DNA of 64,000 nucleotides. Source: Callorhinchus milii. Its lineage: Eukaryota. Made by a program: the position numbers and the translations under genes. Of this stretch, positions 12,128 to 24,399 are shown one piece after another. Location: NCBI RefSeq assembly GCF_018977255.1, contig NW_024704743.1, positions 99,822,001 to 99,886,000 on the forward strand. The letters run 5' to 3'. Numbering within the stretch: the first letter of the stretch is position 1; every line of letters begins with the position of its first letter. The notes under the pieces were generated by a model, which worked only from the letters and a program-made list of their open reading frames with translations, was not told where the DNA came from and did not search any database.

Positions 12128-14781
12128 TACTTCTGTTATTTATTTTTTTCATGCAAAATAGTATATTGGTGTGTGGTGGGAATACTTGTTTAAAAACAAA
12201 AAATTGCACTTCTATAGTGCCTTTCACATGGAGAAACAGCTCAAGCACTTTATAGAGACAGAATGAAAACCCAAGCAAGGTGGGAAATAGGATTTTGGAG
12301 GGAGTTGACGGAAGGCATGGGCAAAGAGGGGGACTTTTAGAAGGGTTTTAAAAGCATTCACTTACTTACCAGCAATAGCAAAATAGTGCAGACAATTAAT
12401 AAGGAGGACAGTTTAATAATCAAAGAGGATTGGTGAGGGCCAGGGAGATTGCTACTGCCAAAGTGAGGGGAAGAGTTACGGTACCTTTTTTTTGTAACTG
12501 CCCTGAAAATTTTACGATTTTTTAATATAATAAAAACACAGAGATTATATAATTTTTGCAGTGCTATATAACAATTATGAAAAGCCTTGTATGTATTATC
12601 TTATTCAGATATGCACCAACTGAATGGTGCATACCTGCATAGAAGGTGTTATATATATTATATATAAGTGCAAGTTGTTGTCGTATGACTCTGGTGGAAA
12701 GTTCGCAGTATCTGTTGCTCGTGAAGAGAAATAAGCTTGATAATACCTTTAAAGAACTGTTGCAGATTTTACGTCTACATTATTGTGTGAGACTGACCGT
12801 GACACTGAAATTATTATCATAATGCTACTATTATTTCTATTTTCGCCCACACAACACACAGTCAATCCACTTTACAATATAATCTGTGAAGCGCCTTGAA
12901 ACATCTCAATGAGGTGATGAGGCACTATAACAAATGCAAGGAGTATTATTATTTTTATGGTAATTTTTAGGGCAAGTTTATACATCTGTGCACTTGTGTA
13001 CACTTGGCTGTTTTGATAGTAATATATGCATGTAGGGTACAATGGTAGAAATGGCATTATTAACTTTTTATTTTTATTTAGCCAACGACGTATTATAATC
13101 TTTGCAACAGTCTTTCAATTTGAATGCCCTTTCTAATAAAGAGGAAGAGACTTTCATATATATCTCATCATATATATGATATTTATCCATTCAAGTTCCA
13201 TATATGTATTAATAGCTTTCAGCCATCCTGCCCTCACTCTCTGGAACCCTTTCACTTCCCACTTTCAAAACCCACTTACCTCTTTGAATATGTTTTCTTC
13301 CCCCTCCCCCTTTCAGTCCATCCTCTCCACGGGCTTAGGTGTAAATCATTTTGAGACATCCCCCTGGTGTGAAAGGCGTTATATAAATATAAATTATATT
13401 GTTTTGGGTTGTATTATAGCTGCAGCAATGGAAGGGAATATGCAGCTGCTGATGAGATTCTCTGAAAACCTGCAGGAACTTAAAGTGGAAAGGTCAATTA
13501 TTGAGCAGCACTGAGACATTTGACTAAGGATTTTGACCTAAAAGAGCCAACTGCAAATCCTTCGTCTTGACAATATTTTTATTAATTCATGAGTTACACT
13601 TGCTCATTTACATTTTCTTAGTCTCTAAAATGTTCAGAAATTATATCTCATTGTGGGGCTGGAAAAGGTGAGGATTTCCGATAGCTAACTCAGAGGGACC
13701 AACTTGGCATTGAGATGTCTTCTAACATTTTGTGTCAGCTTAATTTTCATTAAATAAATACTACCTCTTTCTCCTCCCAAGCTGCAACTTCGCAATATCA
13801 AGGAAAGGGTGGTCTTTTTTTTAGGTTTTAACACATGAGAGCTGTTTGGCATCAGGGGAGAGTCTGTTAAGATAGGCAGTGCAAGATAAATGCATAGATA
13901 AATGCACAGCATGGAATTAATTTCATGAGAGTACATTTAGCCCCATTTTTCATTATTAATGTAATTAATTAATTTATTTATTTTCAGTTGTTTTGCGATG
14001 TATTCAGGTCACAGCAGTATCTGATGTGGAACAGAATGGTATTTCTGAGGCTGAATTGAACCATATGTTTACTGGGACTTAAGTTCATTGCAGTTGTGAG
14101 CAATGTAGTGCTCTTTATCCTTACCTTCAATCTAACTTGAATTATGAGTATGTCAATAGAGAATACTGATTGATGAGTAGCTATATCTCTCTAGAGTTGA
14201 GATATTTGAGAGGTGAACTGAATGATGGATATTGATGGGCTGTTTTCACCTGTTGGTGGGTCCAAAACAAGAAGGCATAAATGTAACAAAATAAAATAAT
14301 AATAATAACCTTTGCATTTGATATTGTGCCTTATCATGTGTTTGAGAAGTCTTAAAATCCTTTGCAGGTTATACTGTAAATTGGATTAACTGTGTATTTT
14401 GTGGGTGAACACGGCAGCCTATTTGCGCACAGCAATGTCCAACAAACAGCCATGGAATGATTGACCAATTTTATTTGGGGGGAATTTGTTGGCCAGCACA
14501 CATAGGGGAAATTCCCTACTCTTTTCGAATAGTGCCATGAGATCTTTAATGTTCACCTGAAGAGGCAGATGGGATATCTAGTAGTTGATAGAGAGTTTAG
14601 GAGGAACTTTTTCATGCAGAGGGGTAGTGAAAATGTGTAACTCATTGCCAGAAACTGTGGTTGAAGCTGGAGGTATCAATGTATTTAAGAGAAAACTTGT
14701 CACTTGTGCGAAGACACCCTTCTGATGTGAAAAGGACTGTATAAACGTAAAGTATTGCTGTTGTTCTGCTGGTCAGAGACT

Positions 14782-16462
14782 CAACAACAACAACAACAAG
14801 ATTCCATTTATAGAGCGCTTTTCACGTCGGGAGGACGTCCCAAAGCGCTGGACAGTTGGGTCAGGATCCGAACAGGGGGAAATGGTCAGGGTGGGGGGAG
14901 GGAAGGGAGGGAGCGAGGAGGGGGGAAATGGTCAGGGTGAGGGGAGGGAAGGGAGGGGGCGAGGAGGGGGTAGAAAGTTGAGAGGGGAGCTGAAGGCACG
15001 GTCAAAGAGAAAGGTCTTGAGACCGGCCTTGAAGGAGGAAAGGGAGGAGGCGGCGAAGGCACTGGGGGATAGAGTTCCAGAGCCTCGGGGCTGAGAGGCT
15101 GAAGGCCCGACCACTGATGGTAGGGTGGTTGGGGCGGGGGATGTGGAGCAGACCGGAGCCAGAGGAACGGAGAGTACGGGCAGGTAGGTAGGGGCATAGT
15201 AGGTCGGAGAGGTAGGAGGGAGCAAGGCCGTGAATGGCCTTGTAGGCGAGGATGAGGATCTTGAATTCGATCCTCTGGGGGATGGGGAGCCAGTGGAGGT
15301 GAGCGAGGGTGGGAGTGATGTGGTCGCGAAGCCTGGTGCGGGACAGTACACAAGCTGCAGAGTTCTGAATGACCTGCAGCTTGTGGAGGGAGGTGCTGGG
15401 AAGGCCGGCGAGGAGAGAGTTCCCATAGTCCAGCCTTGAGGTGATAAGGGCATGGACCAGAGTTTCAGCAGTGTGAGGGGTGAGGTAGTGCCGTAGTCTG
15501 GCGATGTTCCGGAGGTGATGGAAGGCGGTGCCAGTTATGGCGCGGATGTAGGGAAGAAAGGACAACTCAGGGTCGAACAGAACACCGAGGTTCCTGACTG
15601 GCTTTGAGAGATGGAGAGTGCGGCCTTGGATGCTGATGCTGTCAGCGCCTGAGGTGCGGAGGCGCTGACGTGAGCCAATCAGGAGGGCCTCGGTTTTACG
15701 CATGTTGAGCTGAAGAAAGTTGTCTCTCGTCCAGGACTCAATGTCGGACAGGCAGGCTGTCAGGACATCGGTGGTCGTGGAGTTGAGGGTAGAGGAAGAA
15801 AGGTAGAGTTGGGTGTCATCCGCATACATGTGGAAGTTAACCCCATGTCTGCGGATGATGTCACCAAGGGGGAGCATATAGAGGGTAAAGAGGAGGGGAC
15901 CGAGGACAGAGCGCTGAGGGACACTGCACGAGACAGTGCGGGGGTGGTGGAGGAAAAGCCGTTTGTGGAAACAAAATGAAGACGGTGGGAGAGGTACGAC
16001 CTAAACCACTCAAAGTCAGGGCCTTGAAGGTTGAGGTGGGAGGACAAGCGGTGGAAGAGGATAGAGTGGTCGACCGTATCGAATGCTGCCGATAGGTCGA
16101 GGAGGGTGAGGAGGCAGAGTGGGCCCTGGTCGCAGATGGTCAAGATGTCATTGGTGACTTTGACCAGGGCGGTTTCTGTGCTATGGGCAGCACGGAAACC
16201 CGACTGAAGGGGTTCAAATAATGCATGGGTGGAGAGGAAAGAGCGCAGCTGGGAGGCGACAACTCTTTCAAGGACCTTGGACAGGAAGGGGAGGTTGGAG
16301 ATGGGCCGGTAGCTTGATAGTTGCGACGCATCAAGGGAGGGTTTTTTTAAAGTGGGAGTGATGATGGCAGTTTTGAGGGGAATGGAAACAGAGCCAGAGG
16401 AGAGAGACGGTTGAAGATGTGTGTGATATGACTCGTGAGCTAAGCAGTGGGAATGGGATCAG
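14782..16462 (-). mobile_element. 5'-truncated, relatively young L2-clade LINE: RT domain, 3' UTR and (TTG)n tail, frameshifted
   Basis: ORF pieces carry [48 protein letters not shown] and LHWLPI. The 3' stem-loop and (CAA)n lie on the + strand at 14782. Confidence 0.93.
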
Positions 16463-19267
16463 ATTGTTGGTTTTTACTTTATGAATGACCACATTTTAAG
16501 AGAATCATGGTTGAACATTTGAATAGCTGAACCATTCTTTTCTGCACAAGCAGGTTAGTGAAAAAGGGCAAGAGGAAATTGGAAGCACCAGTCAGTTGTA
16601 CAAGTTGCAATCAGTTAATGTAACCACAAGATTTGGGAAAATCAGAAAGATTGTTCTAAGTGGGGCCTTGATTACAAGAAAACCTAATACTCTCCAGAAA
16701 TACGTAAGTAGGATGCAGCCCTCCAGGGAGAGAGTGTGCATTTCATTCCAATAAACATCTGGTGAATGTCCATGAATATAATAATAATAATAAATTGATA
16801 ATAATAATATAATAATAATAATCCTTGCATTTGATATAGTGCTTTTCACATCTTCTCGACGTCTCAAAGCGCTTCACAGAATAGACTGTAAAGTGAATTG
16901 ACCGTATATTTATGGGCGAAATACAGGTGGAATGCATTGAATTCTCAATTAGATGTGGATACTCTTAAGCATAGTGATGGTTGATCAAAAAAAAGCATAT
17001 GTTATTTACATCAATGATTAAACACTGTATTTATGATAGCAATAGAACAACAAACACAAAATTGATTTTCTTTTATTCAGGGTGAGCTGGAAGTTGTCTG
17101 GATGTTGACATATCTTTGCCATATCCTCAATTAACGTGTTTCCAATAGTCTAGCAGATTTATGAAGATGCTTTTGATTTGTATCATCAGAATGTAAAACA
17201 ATTTTAAAGTTTAAATGGACCAGGAGGTGGGGTGGGGGTTGTCGTTAAAGTAACAAAGCAATAGGAATAGTTGTAAGACAAATCCTCAGGGATTTAATTT
17301 TCAAATGGGCTTAAATCAGACAAGGTGGTTTCAAAGGCGACCTTTGATGTTCAACATTTGAAGATAAAACTGTTAAACAAGCCAAACTCATTTAGTATAG
17401 AAAAGCAAACAGAATGCTCAGCCACATTACCCAATCCGTTGAGTTCAGATGCTCAGGAGTCACATATCAAGGGATCAGTACGGAGCTTTGATCTTTTTTT
17501 TAATATTAGGATCAACTGAATGAATCACAAAAGACTATTTTGCTGCTGTGCAAACACCCTTTTTTAAACACCCCCAAATCCTACCTCTTTGAATGTGCCT
17601 ATGTCCACCTCTCATGCCATGCTTCTCACTTGATTAATATTCGAACCCATCCCAGTAGAGTGCTGCAAGACGTTAGCCTATGTAGAGAGCAGAAAAGAAA
17701 GAAAGTTGTTGGTGTATGTTGTTGTTGTCAAGCACACTGGAGCTCTGGTTGCCACAACAAATGCAGAACAAAGAGAAAATAATCTCAAAACAATACTCTT
17801 GGATATCTTACACCAATACAGCAGGATAAGATGACATGGATTCAGGATTGTGAAGGGTAAATTTAGGACAGACGAGAAGTATTTATTTACACAGCTGAAA
17901 TGGACTAACGGGTCAGGATCCTGGATGCATTTAAGAAACAGCTAGATGATGTAATGGGAAGATGTTATGGTGGGTACTCAGCACCTTGGACGGTGTGCCA
18001 ACATGAAAGGTGCTATAGAAAGGTAATGTGTTGTTGTACTCAAGAGGACTTGGGTTTGATTACTGGGCAAGACGAAATCTTAGGCAAGTTTCCTTACTCC
18101 GCACGCCTGTTTACCTGGCAGTAAGTAGGAATCTGGTTGTTGATTGGAGGATGCTTTTCTGGGGGTAATAATCCCTTTTAAAAAAAATTATAAAAATAAT
18201 AATTTGGTCACTAATTCAATCCACAACTGTTTGTGGGACCCTACCGTGCGCAATTAACTGCCACATTTTCACCCACAAAATACACAGTGAATACACTTTA
18301 TAGTATATTCTGTGATGCACTTTGAGATGTCTCAACAATGTGATAAGGCTCTATATTAAATGCAAGGATTATTATCTATTATTATTATGTAACTTGTCAA
18401 TAAAATAATAATAATAAATTGGTCACTTCAATCTACGACTGTTTGTGGGACACTGCTGTGCGCAATTGGCTGCCAAGTTCGGCCCACAAAATGTACAGTC
18501 AATTCACTTAACAGCATATTCTGTGAAGCGCTTTAAGATGTTTCAAAGACTTGAAAGGTGCTATATCAAAATGCAAGGATTATGTATCATAAAAGGTCTA
18601 ATGTAGAGAGCAATATGCAGTGCACATAATCACCGGTGCCAACTCTCATTACATGATTGCCGCGACAGAGCTTGTTTTTACAGAGCTCTTTCTTAGTGAT
18701 ATTTCTTTCTTTGCCAGTGTAGACATTGTCAAAGCACACCACATATTACAAAGAGAAGTGCCATTGTCCACCGTCAGATTCGTGACTGCTGCTCACAGAA
18801 CTTGCTAATGAATGTAGGTCCAGCATTGTTAGGCGACTGTAGAGTCATGGACAGATTTCTTTGTGGTGTTATCTAGTTTAATGTCTAATTCATACTGCTG
18901 CTTTGTTCCTGGAGGCCAATGCCTCCTCAGCAACTATAATTATTGCCAAATGCCACAGTGAAGGTTCACACAGTCCAGACTTTCACTTCCTGCTGATTTT
19001 TCATTCACAGCCTTTGCATCTGCACTTTGAAAGGTAGGTGGAGTGGGCACTGCTGTGAGTGCTCACTGCTCAATGATGTCAGCACATGCACAGGATCTTT
19101 AGAAGTTGGTTTCCCTGATTGCCCAATGCTGAAATAATAAAAGCAGGCCACCTGGCGATATGCTTGAAAGTCAGGCAACTTTACTCTTGGCTTTTTTCAC
19201 AGCACTACTACCATTATTTTGTTAGTGGGGAGCTGAATAAAACATTTCAATGGTAATCTTTACATTG

Positions 19268-19640
19268 TGGAGTTCTGTAGCTTAGTGGTTAAAGCACTCA
19301 CCTCGCAAATGAGAGGAACTGGGTTTGATTTCCTGCAGAGCAAAACGTTGGGCAAATTTTTGTTCTCCATTCAACTCTGTTCACCTCACAGTAAGTAGGA
19401 GCCTGGTTGTTAGTCGATTGGTGGATTGCTTTTCTGGGGGAAAATAATTCCTTAAAAAATTAATAATAATAACTTGGTCACTTAATCCACGACTGTTTGT
19501 GGGACACTGCTGTGCACAACTTGCTGCCATGTTTTGCCCACAAAAATACAGTCAATTCACTTTACAGTATATTTTGTGAAACGCTTTGAGATATCTCGAA
19601 GATGTGATAAGGCGCTATATCAAATGCAAGGATTATTATT
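19268..19640 (+). mobile_element. Older, long-form tRNA-Ala SINE with extra internal segment (also ~18045-18388 and ~47757-47940)
   Basis: Same head, then ctgttcacctcacagtaagtaggagcctggttgttagtcgattggtggattgctttctggggg, which is absent from young copies, then the same 3' body. Confidence 0.83.
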
Positions 19641-19885
19641 ACAAAGAAAAAGCTTGTTACATTTTTATAAATCCCGAATGAGATGCAAGTTTAGGTACTT
19701 GACCTGTTTATATGCAAATCGTCAAGCGCGTTCATGCACTGCACGCCTACAGCAATCATCTCAGAAGAAACAGTCCTCAGGTTTCAAGCTGCAAACAATA
19801 TTAATAAATCAATTCAACCGCTGGGTGCCCAGGGAGTCTCTTTGATAGATGAACTACATGAAAGAATTTGAAAATCTGTCCAGAC

Positions 19886-20147
19886 ATAATAATAATAATA
19901 ATAATCCTTGCATTTGATATAGCGCTCTTCACGTCGAGAGGACGTCCCAAAGCGCTTCATAGAACACACTGTAAAGTGAATTGACTGTATATTTGTGGGC
20001 GAACGCGGCAGCCAATTGCGCACAGCAATGTCCCACAAACAGTCGGAGATTGAAAATGACCAATTTATTATTGTTTTTGGTTTTGGAGGGATTATTATTA
20101 GGCGTGTGGAGTAAGGAAACTTGCCCAAGGTTTCGCCCTGCCTGGAA
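19886..20147 (-). mobile_element. 5'-truncated young SINE. Similar truncated copies lie at ~25229-25443, 38816-39028, 42063-42330, 46928-47041 and 53947-54150
   Basis: Identity to the SINE body and tail. Confidence 0.88.
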
Positions 20148-23089
20148 ATGATGCTTGTTCGCTAATTTTAGTAATATTGAAAAATTCAGAAGAGTTATAT
20201 ACAGGTTCAATACAAGAATTTTAGCTCACTCTCTGACCAAGCCTTAATCTGTGTTTGCAGACTAAAACCAATACAATCTTCAGTTAGCTCCAGACTTAGT
20301 TGATAGCATTCTTGCTCCTTAGTCAGAAATTGAATCACATCCCACCTTGGGATCTATACTCAATACTGGGGGAGAGCTACACTGTCAGAGGCAATGTCTT
20401 TTGTATGAGACAGTTAAACTGAGGTTAAACTAATAAAATAAATAATAATCCTTGCATTTGATATAGTGCTTTATCACGTCTTCAAGACGTCTCATAGCGC
20501 TTCACAGAATATACTGTAAAGTGAATTAACTGTATATTTTGTGGGCGAAATGCGGCAAAGAAATTGCGCAGAGCAGAGTCCAACAAACAGTCTTTTGTTT
20601 TAACATGGTGAGATACTATGGAAATGCAAGTTTCTTTCTATGATGGAACATATTTCAGAATGTATTGCTTAAAAAGAATGTACATTCCATTCTGAGATGT
20701 GAGGAGACGTTATGCACCAACACTGATTTGTGTCCACATTAGTGAGTAAAGCATCAGAACTTTGTCACTTTATTCAGGGGGATTATTTGGGGCATTGATG
20801 AACAATGTTGTAGCTCAGGAACCCTCTACAAGGCCTGCTTCTTGTCCCATTATTGATAAGTGGGCTCTCTCTGGAACTCCGTCTTGGAGTCCATCCAACT
20901 CATTCCCTCCTTTGTCTTGATTCAAGGTCCGTCTCAAGACCTACCTCTTTGACCAGGCTTTCAGTCATTTTTTACCTTTTGCCCCCTTTGGCTTCTAACT
21001 CCAATTCGAGTGCCAAATCAGGACTGTTAACCCCTTGGGACATGCTTCCAACATTAAAGGCGCTATATAAATGTAAACTTGCATTGTACATAAATATATA
21101 AAGCACCAGATCCATAGATAAAAATGGTTGAACAGGCAAACTTGCCAGAGAGTTCAGTATCCACTACATATGACCAGGATTTGAAAAAGTATCATGGAGG
21201 AGAAAATAAGATACTGAGATATAAATGAGAATAATAAACAAGATTTACTTCATTCTTAAACAGAATATTATTAAAGATATGTAAAATCTCAATTTATATT
21301 CAATGGTGAAGCCAGGTTTTACAACCGGGGGAGGGGAGGGGGGAGATGGGTCATTAGTGGTGTTGCCTTCCCATTGCTCTCCATGCTGTCTCTCCTCTCA
21401 TAATATGTTTGAAAAGGTGCCGTACACACACTTAAAGACAGCGGCAAAGAAGACCGGGGGTAGTAGGTTATGTGAAATCACTGTTTTGATAACCTTAAAT
21501 AGTTAGAAATGGAAATTGTAAACATTTGGGAACTCTTTGGAGCAAATTGGAAAAGTCTGTTAGAAGTAGAGGCTGAGATATTAACGTGTAGCAAATTTTA
21601 AGACGTAGCATGAAATCATATTGACATGAGCGTTGTGATTATAGAGCAAGTTATTGCAAATCAAGATGTAACAACTTAACATTTTACTGACTTTTGATTC
21701 AATTTTCCCACTTTCCATTTGGAATAGACAAGACAGTCATTACACTTTACAGTAAATCTCATGAAGATATCCTCCTGACATGAAAAGGCACTATACCAAA
21801 TGCAAAGATTATTATGTTTTATTATTATGTTGTAGGGATATGGGGATAGGGCAGGTAAATGGAATTAGGTTAGAAGATCAGCCATGATCTTATCAAATGG
21901 TGGGGCAGGCTCAAGGGGCCGAATGGCCTACTCCTGCTCCTACGTCTTATTATCTTATGGATTAACTAGGATATTAAACCTGTGTGGGAATTAATGAACT
22001 GGTGTTATTACAACTCAAGCGTGATTTAAGGCTTAGTTTACAGTTTCCTACATGTTTTACGTCAGCATTAAGACAACAGCCAGCGAGGAAACAACATTTT
22101 CTAGCCAAAGGATGCAAAGTACTCTTGAAAATCTCTATATAACTTACAAGTAGTGACACAAAACTACTTGAGTGGGTTACGGAGACATGGAGCTAAATGG
22201 TTTGCCATTGATGCACTGGTCATTTCTAGCCATTATTATACTGGGATTTACAACTCATTTGTTACAGATGCTTCAAGTCATTTATATTGCAGCTCCATAA
22301 ATTGATTAAGCTATTGCAGTTCTATTGAAATAAGACTGGGTGGGTTGGAGCATGGACAGAGTCATAGTTATTAAAGCTGCTTTCTTAAAAACACTAATGA
22401 AGGATTGCAATAATTTCAAAAGTCCTAAGAGGCACTGTAGGTCCCAAAATAGGCATTTGCAATCTGATTTTAAATGAAAGCAATTGTTTTAAAAGTTGAT
22501 TTGTGTTGTATAAATGACAAGCAGAAAAGCTGGTGAAACAGTGGTGATCAGTGGCATCAATCATCAGTGAATTGGGAGCCATAGGCAGCAGCACTGCTTG
22601 TTTTCATATAAAATCATTGTTTTCGTCCGGTTCAGAAAATTATTATCTTTCACAAAGGCTTTCTTCAAAAACTTGCAGCTTACAGTCTTCACACAAGTTG
22701 CTATCGAGGGAAATCACATGATAGAATCTTTGAAACTACCAAAGTCTTTTTTACTGTATTTTTTAACAAATATAAAGCTAATGACTGTCATGCTGGTGTA
22801 TCTAAACATGAAAGTTGGCAATGTGCAGTCTGCCTGCAAAATCAATTATTATACTTCATATGTTCCTTTATGAGTGGAAGTCTTTAAATTGGTCTCTTTA
22901 CTCATAAAGATTCACATTGTTTGTTGGAGCCAGATCCGAGTGTTAACCTACCTCTTCGACCGGGCCTATGGTCATCTCCCTCCTCCTCCTCTCTTACTCT
23001 GTATCTAACAGAAGTATTCCGAGACATTATCCTACAAGATGAGCAGCATGACACAGAGCTGGTTACTACCAGGATTCAATGTTTATGAA

Positions 23090-24253
23090 CAAAATGTAAA
23101 ATACTGCAGATTCTGGAAATCTGAAACAAAAACAGAAGTCGCTGGGAACACTCAGCAGGTCAGGCAGCATCTATGGAGAAAGGAAAGTGAGACAACGTTT
23201 TGGGTCCATGACCCTTTGACAGAACTGGGGCATGTTGGGAGAGAGAGGCTTTTGTGGGGAAAGATATGCTTAGTGGTTGGATCTTGCTGGAGGTGCCGGA
23301 AATGGCAGAGATTTATTTGTTGGATGTTGAGCCTGGTTGGGTGTAAGGCGAGGATCAGGGGGGCCTATTACGGTTCTGGGGAGAGGGGGAAGGGAATATC
23401 TTTCCTTCCCCTCTGCTCTCAGCATTCTGAAGGAACCATTGGCTCTGTGACACCCTGGTTCATTCCTCCATCACTAGCAATAGTTGCTCTCTTCCCCCCC
23501 ACACCTTCCCATACCAGCGCAGGAGATGCAATACCTGCCCTTTCACCTCCTCCCATACCATTGTGCAGGCCCCCAAATACAGTTTTCTAGTGAGACAATG
23601 ATTTACATGTACTACCACCAATGTAGCTTACTGCATTCGCTGCTCACGTTGTGGTCTCCTCTACATTGGGGAGACCAAATTCAGATTGGGGGACTGATTT
23701 GCCAAATACCTCCGTTCTGTCCACAAGCACAACCCTGAGCTTCCAGTTTCTTGCCACTTCAACTCTCACTCCCACTCGCATTCTGACCTCTCCATTCATG
23801 GTCTCCTACACTGTTCCAATGAGCCATAGTGCAAGCCTAAGGAACAGCACCACATCTATCTGCTAGGGACCTTGCAGCCCTCTGACCTCAATGTTGATTT
23901 CAATAATTTTAAACCATAACAGCTCACCTTCCCCCTCTTCTGTGACCATTACCACATAATCTAGATCCCAGATACACCTTTTCTCGCTCTGGTCTTCCTG
24001 TTTTGTTGCATTTTCCCACTTTGTTTTGCATTATTAACACCTCTATTCCCTTGTTTGGTTGCAACCCCCCCTTTGTTTTGCATCATTAACACTTCTTAAA
24101 CACATCATCCTGTCGTCTTTAAAAGCCTCTCCCTCCCAACATGCCCCAGTTCTGACAAAGAGTCGTGGACCCGAAACATTGACTCACTTTCTTTTCTCCA
24201 TAGATGATGCCTGACCTGCCGAGTGTTCCCAGCGACTTCTGTTTTTGTTTCAG
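23090..24253 (+). mobile_element. Penelope-like element (Neptune-type GIY-YIG), 5'-truncated with 5' inversion and inverted pseudo-LTRs
   Basis: 23566-23919 reads FTCTTTNVAYCIRCSRCGLLYIGETKFRLGD*F...CHFN...LGTLQPSDLNVDF with three internal stops. The ends 23120-23256 and 24115-24253 are inverted copies. Flanks are tgtttatgaa and tggttatgaa. Confidence 0.88.
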
Positions 24254-24399
24254 TGGTTATGAATTCTTTATGAATCTTGTTGCAAAAAAACCCAATGTAA
24301 AAAGAAAGTTCACTTTGCTTTTCAATCCCCATCAATATTCCACACCGTAGTCCTTTGGAAAAGAAGGTACTCAATCAGCCTTCTTAGAATATATTCAAA

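Noticed and set aside
15002..15877. 291-aa reverse transcriptase ORF as an active or domesticated gene
   Set aside because: It is part of a 5'-truncated L2 with frameshifts on both sides and no endonuclease domain.
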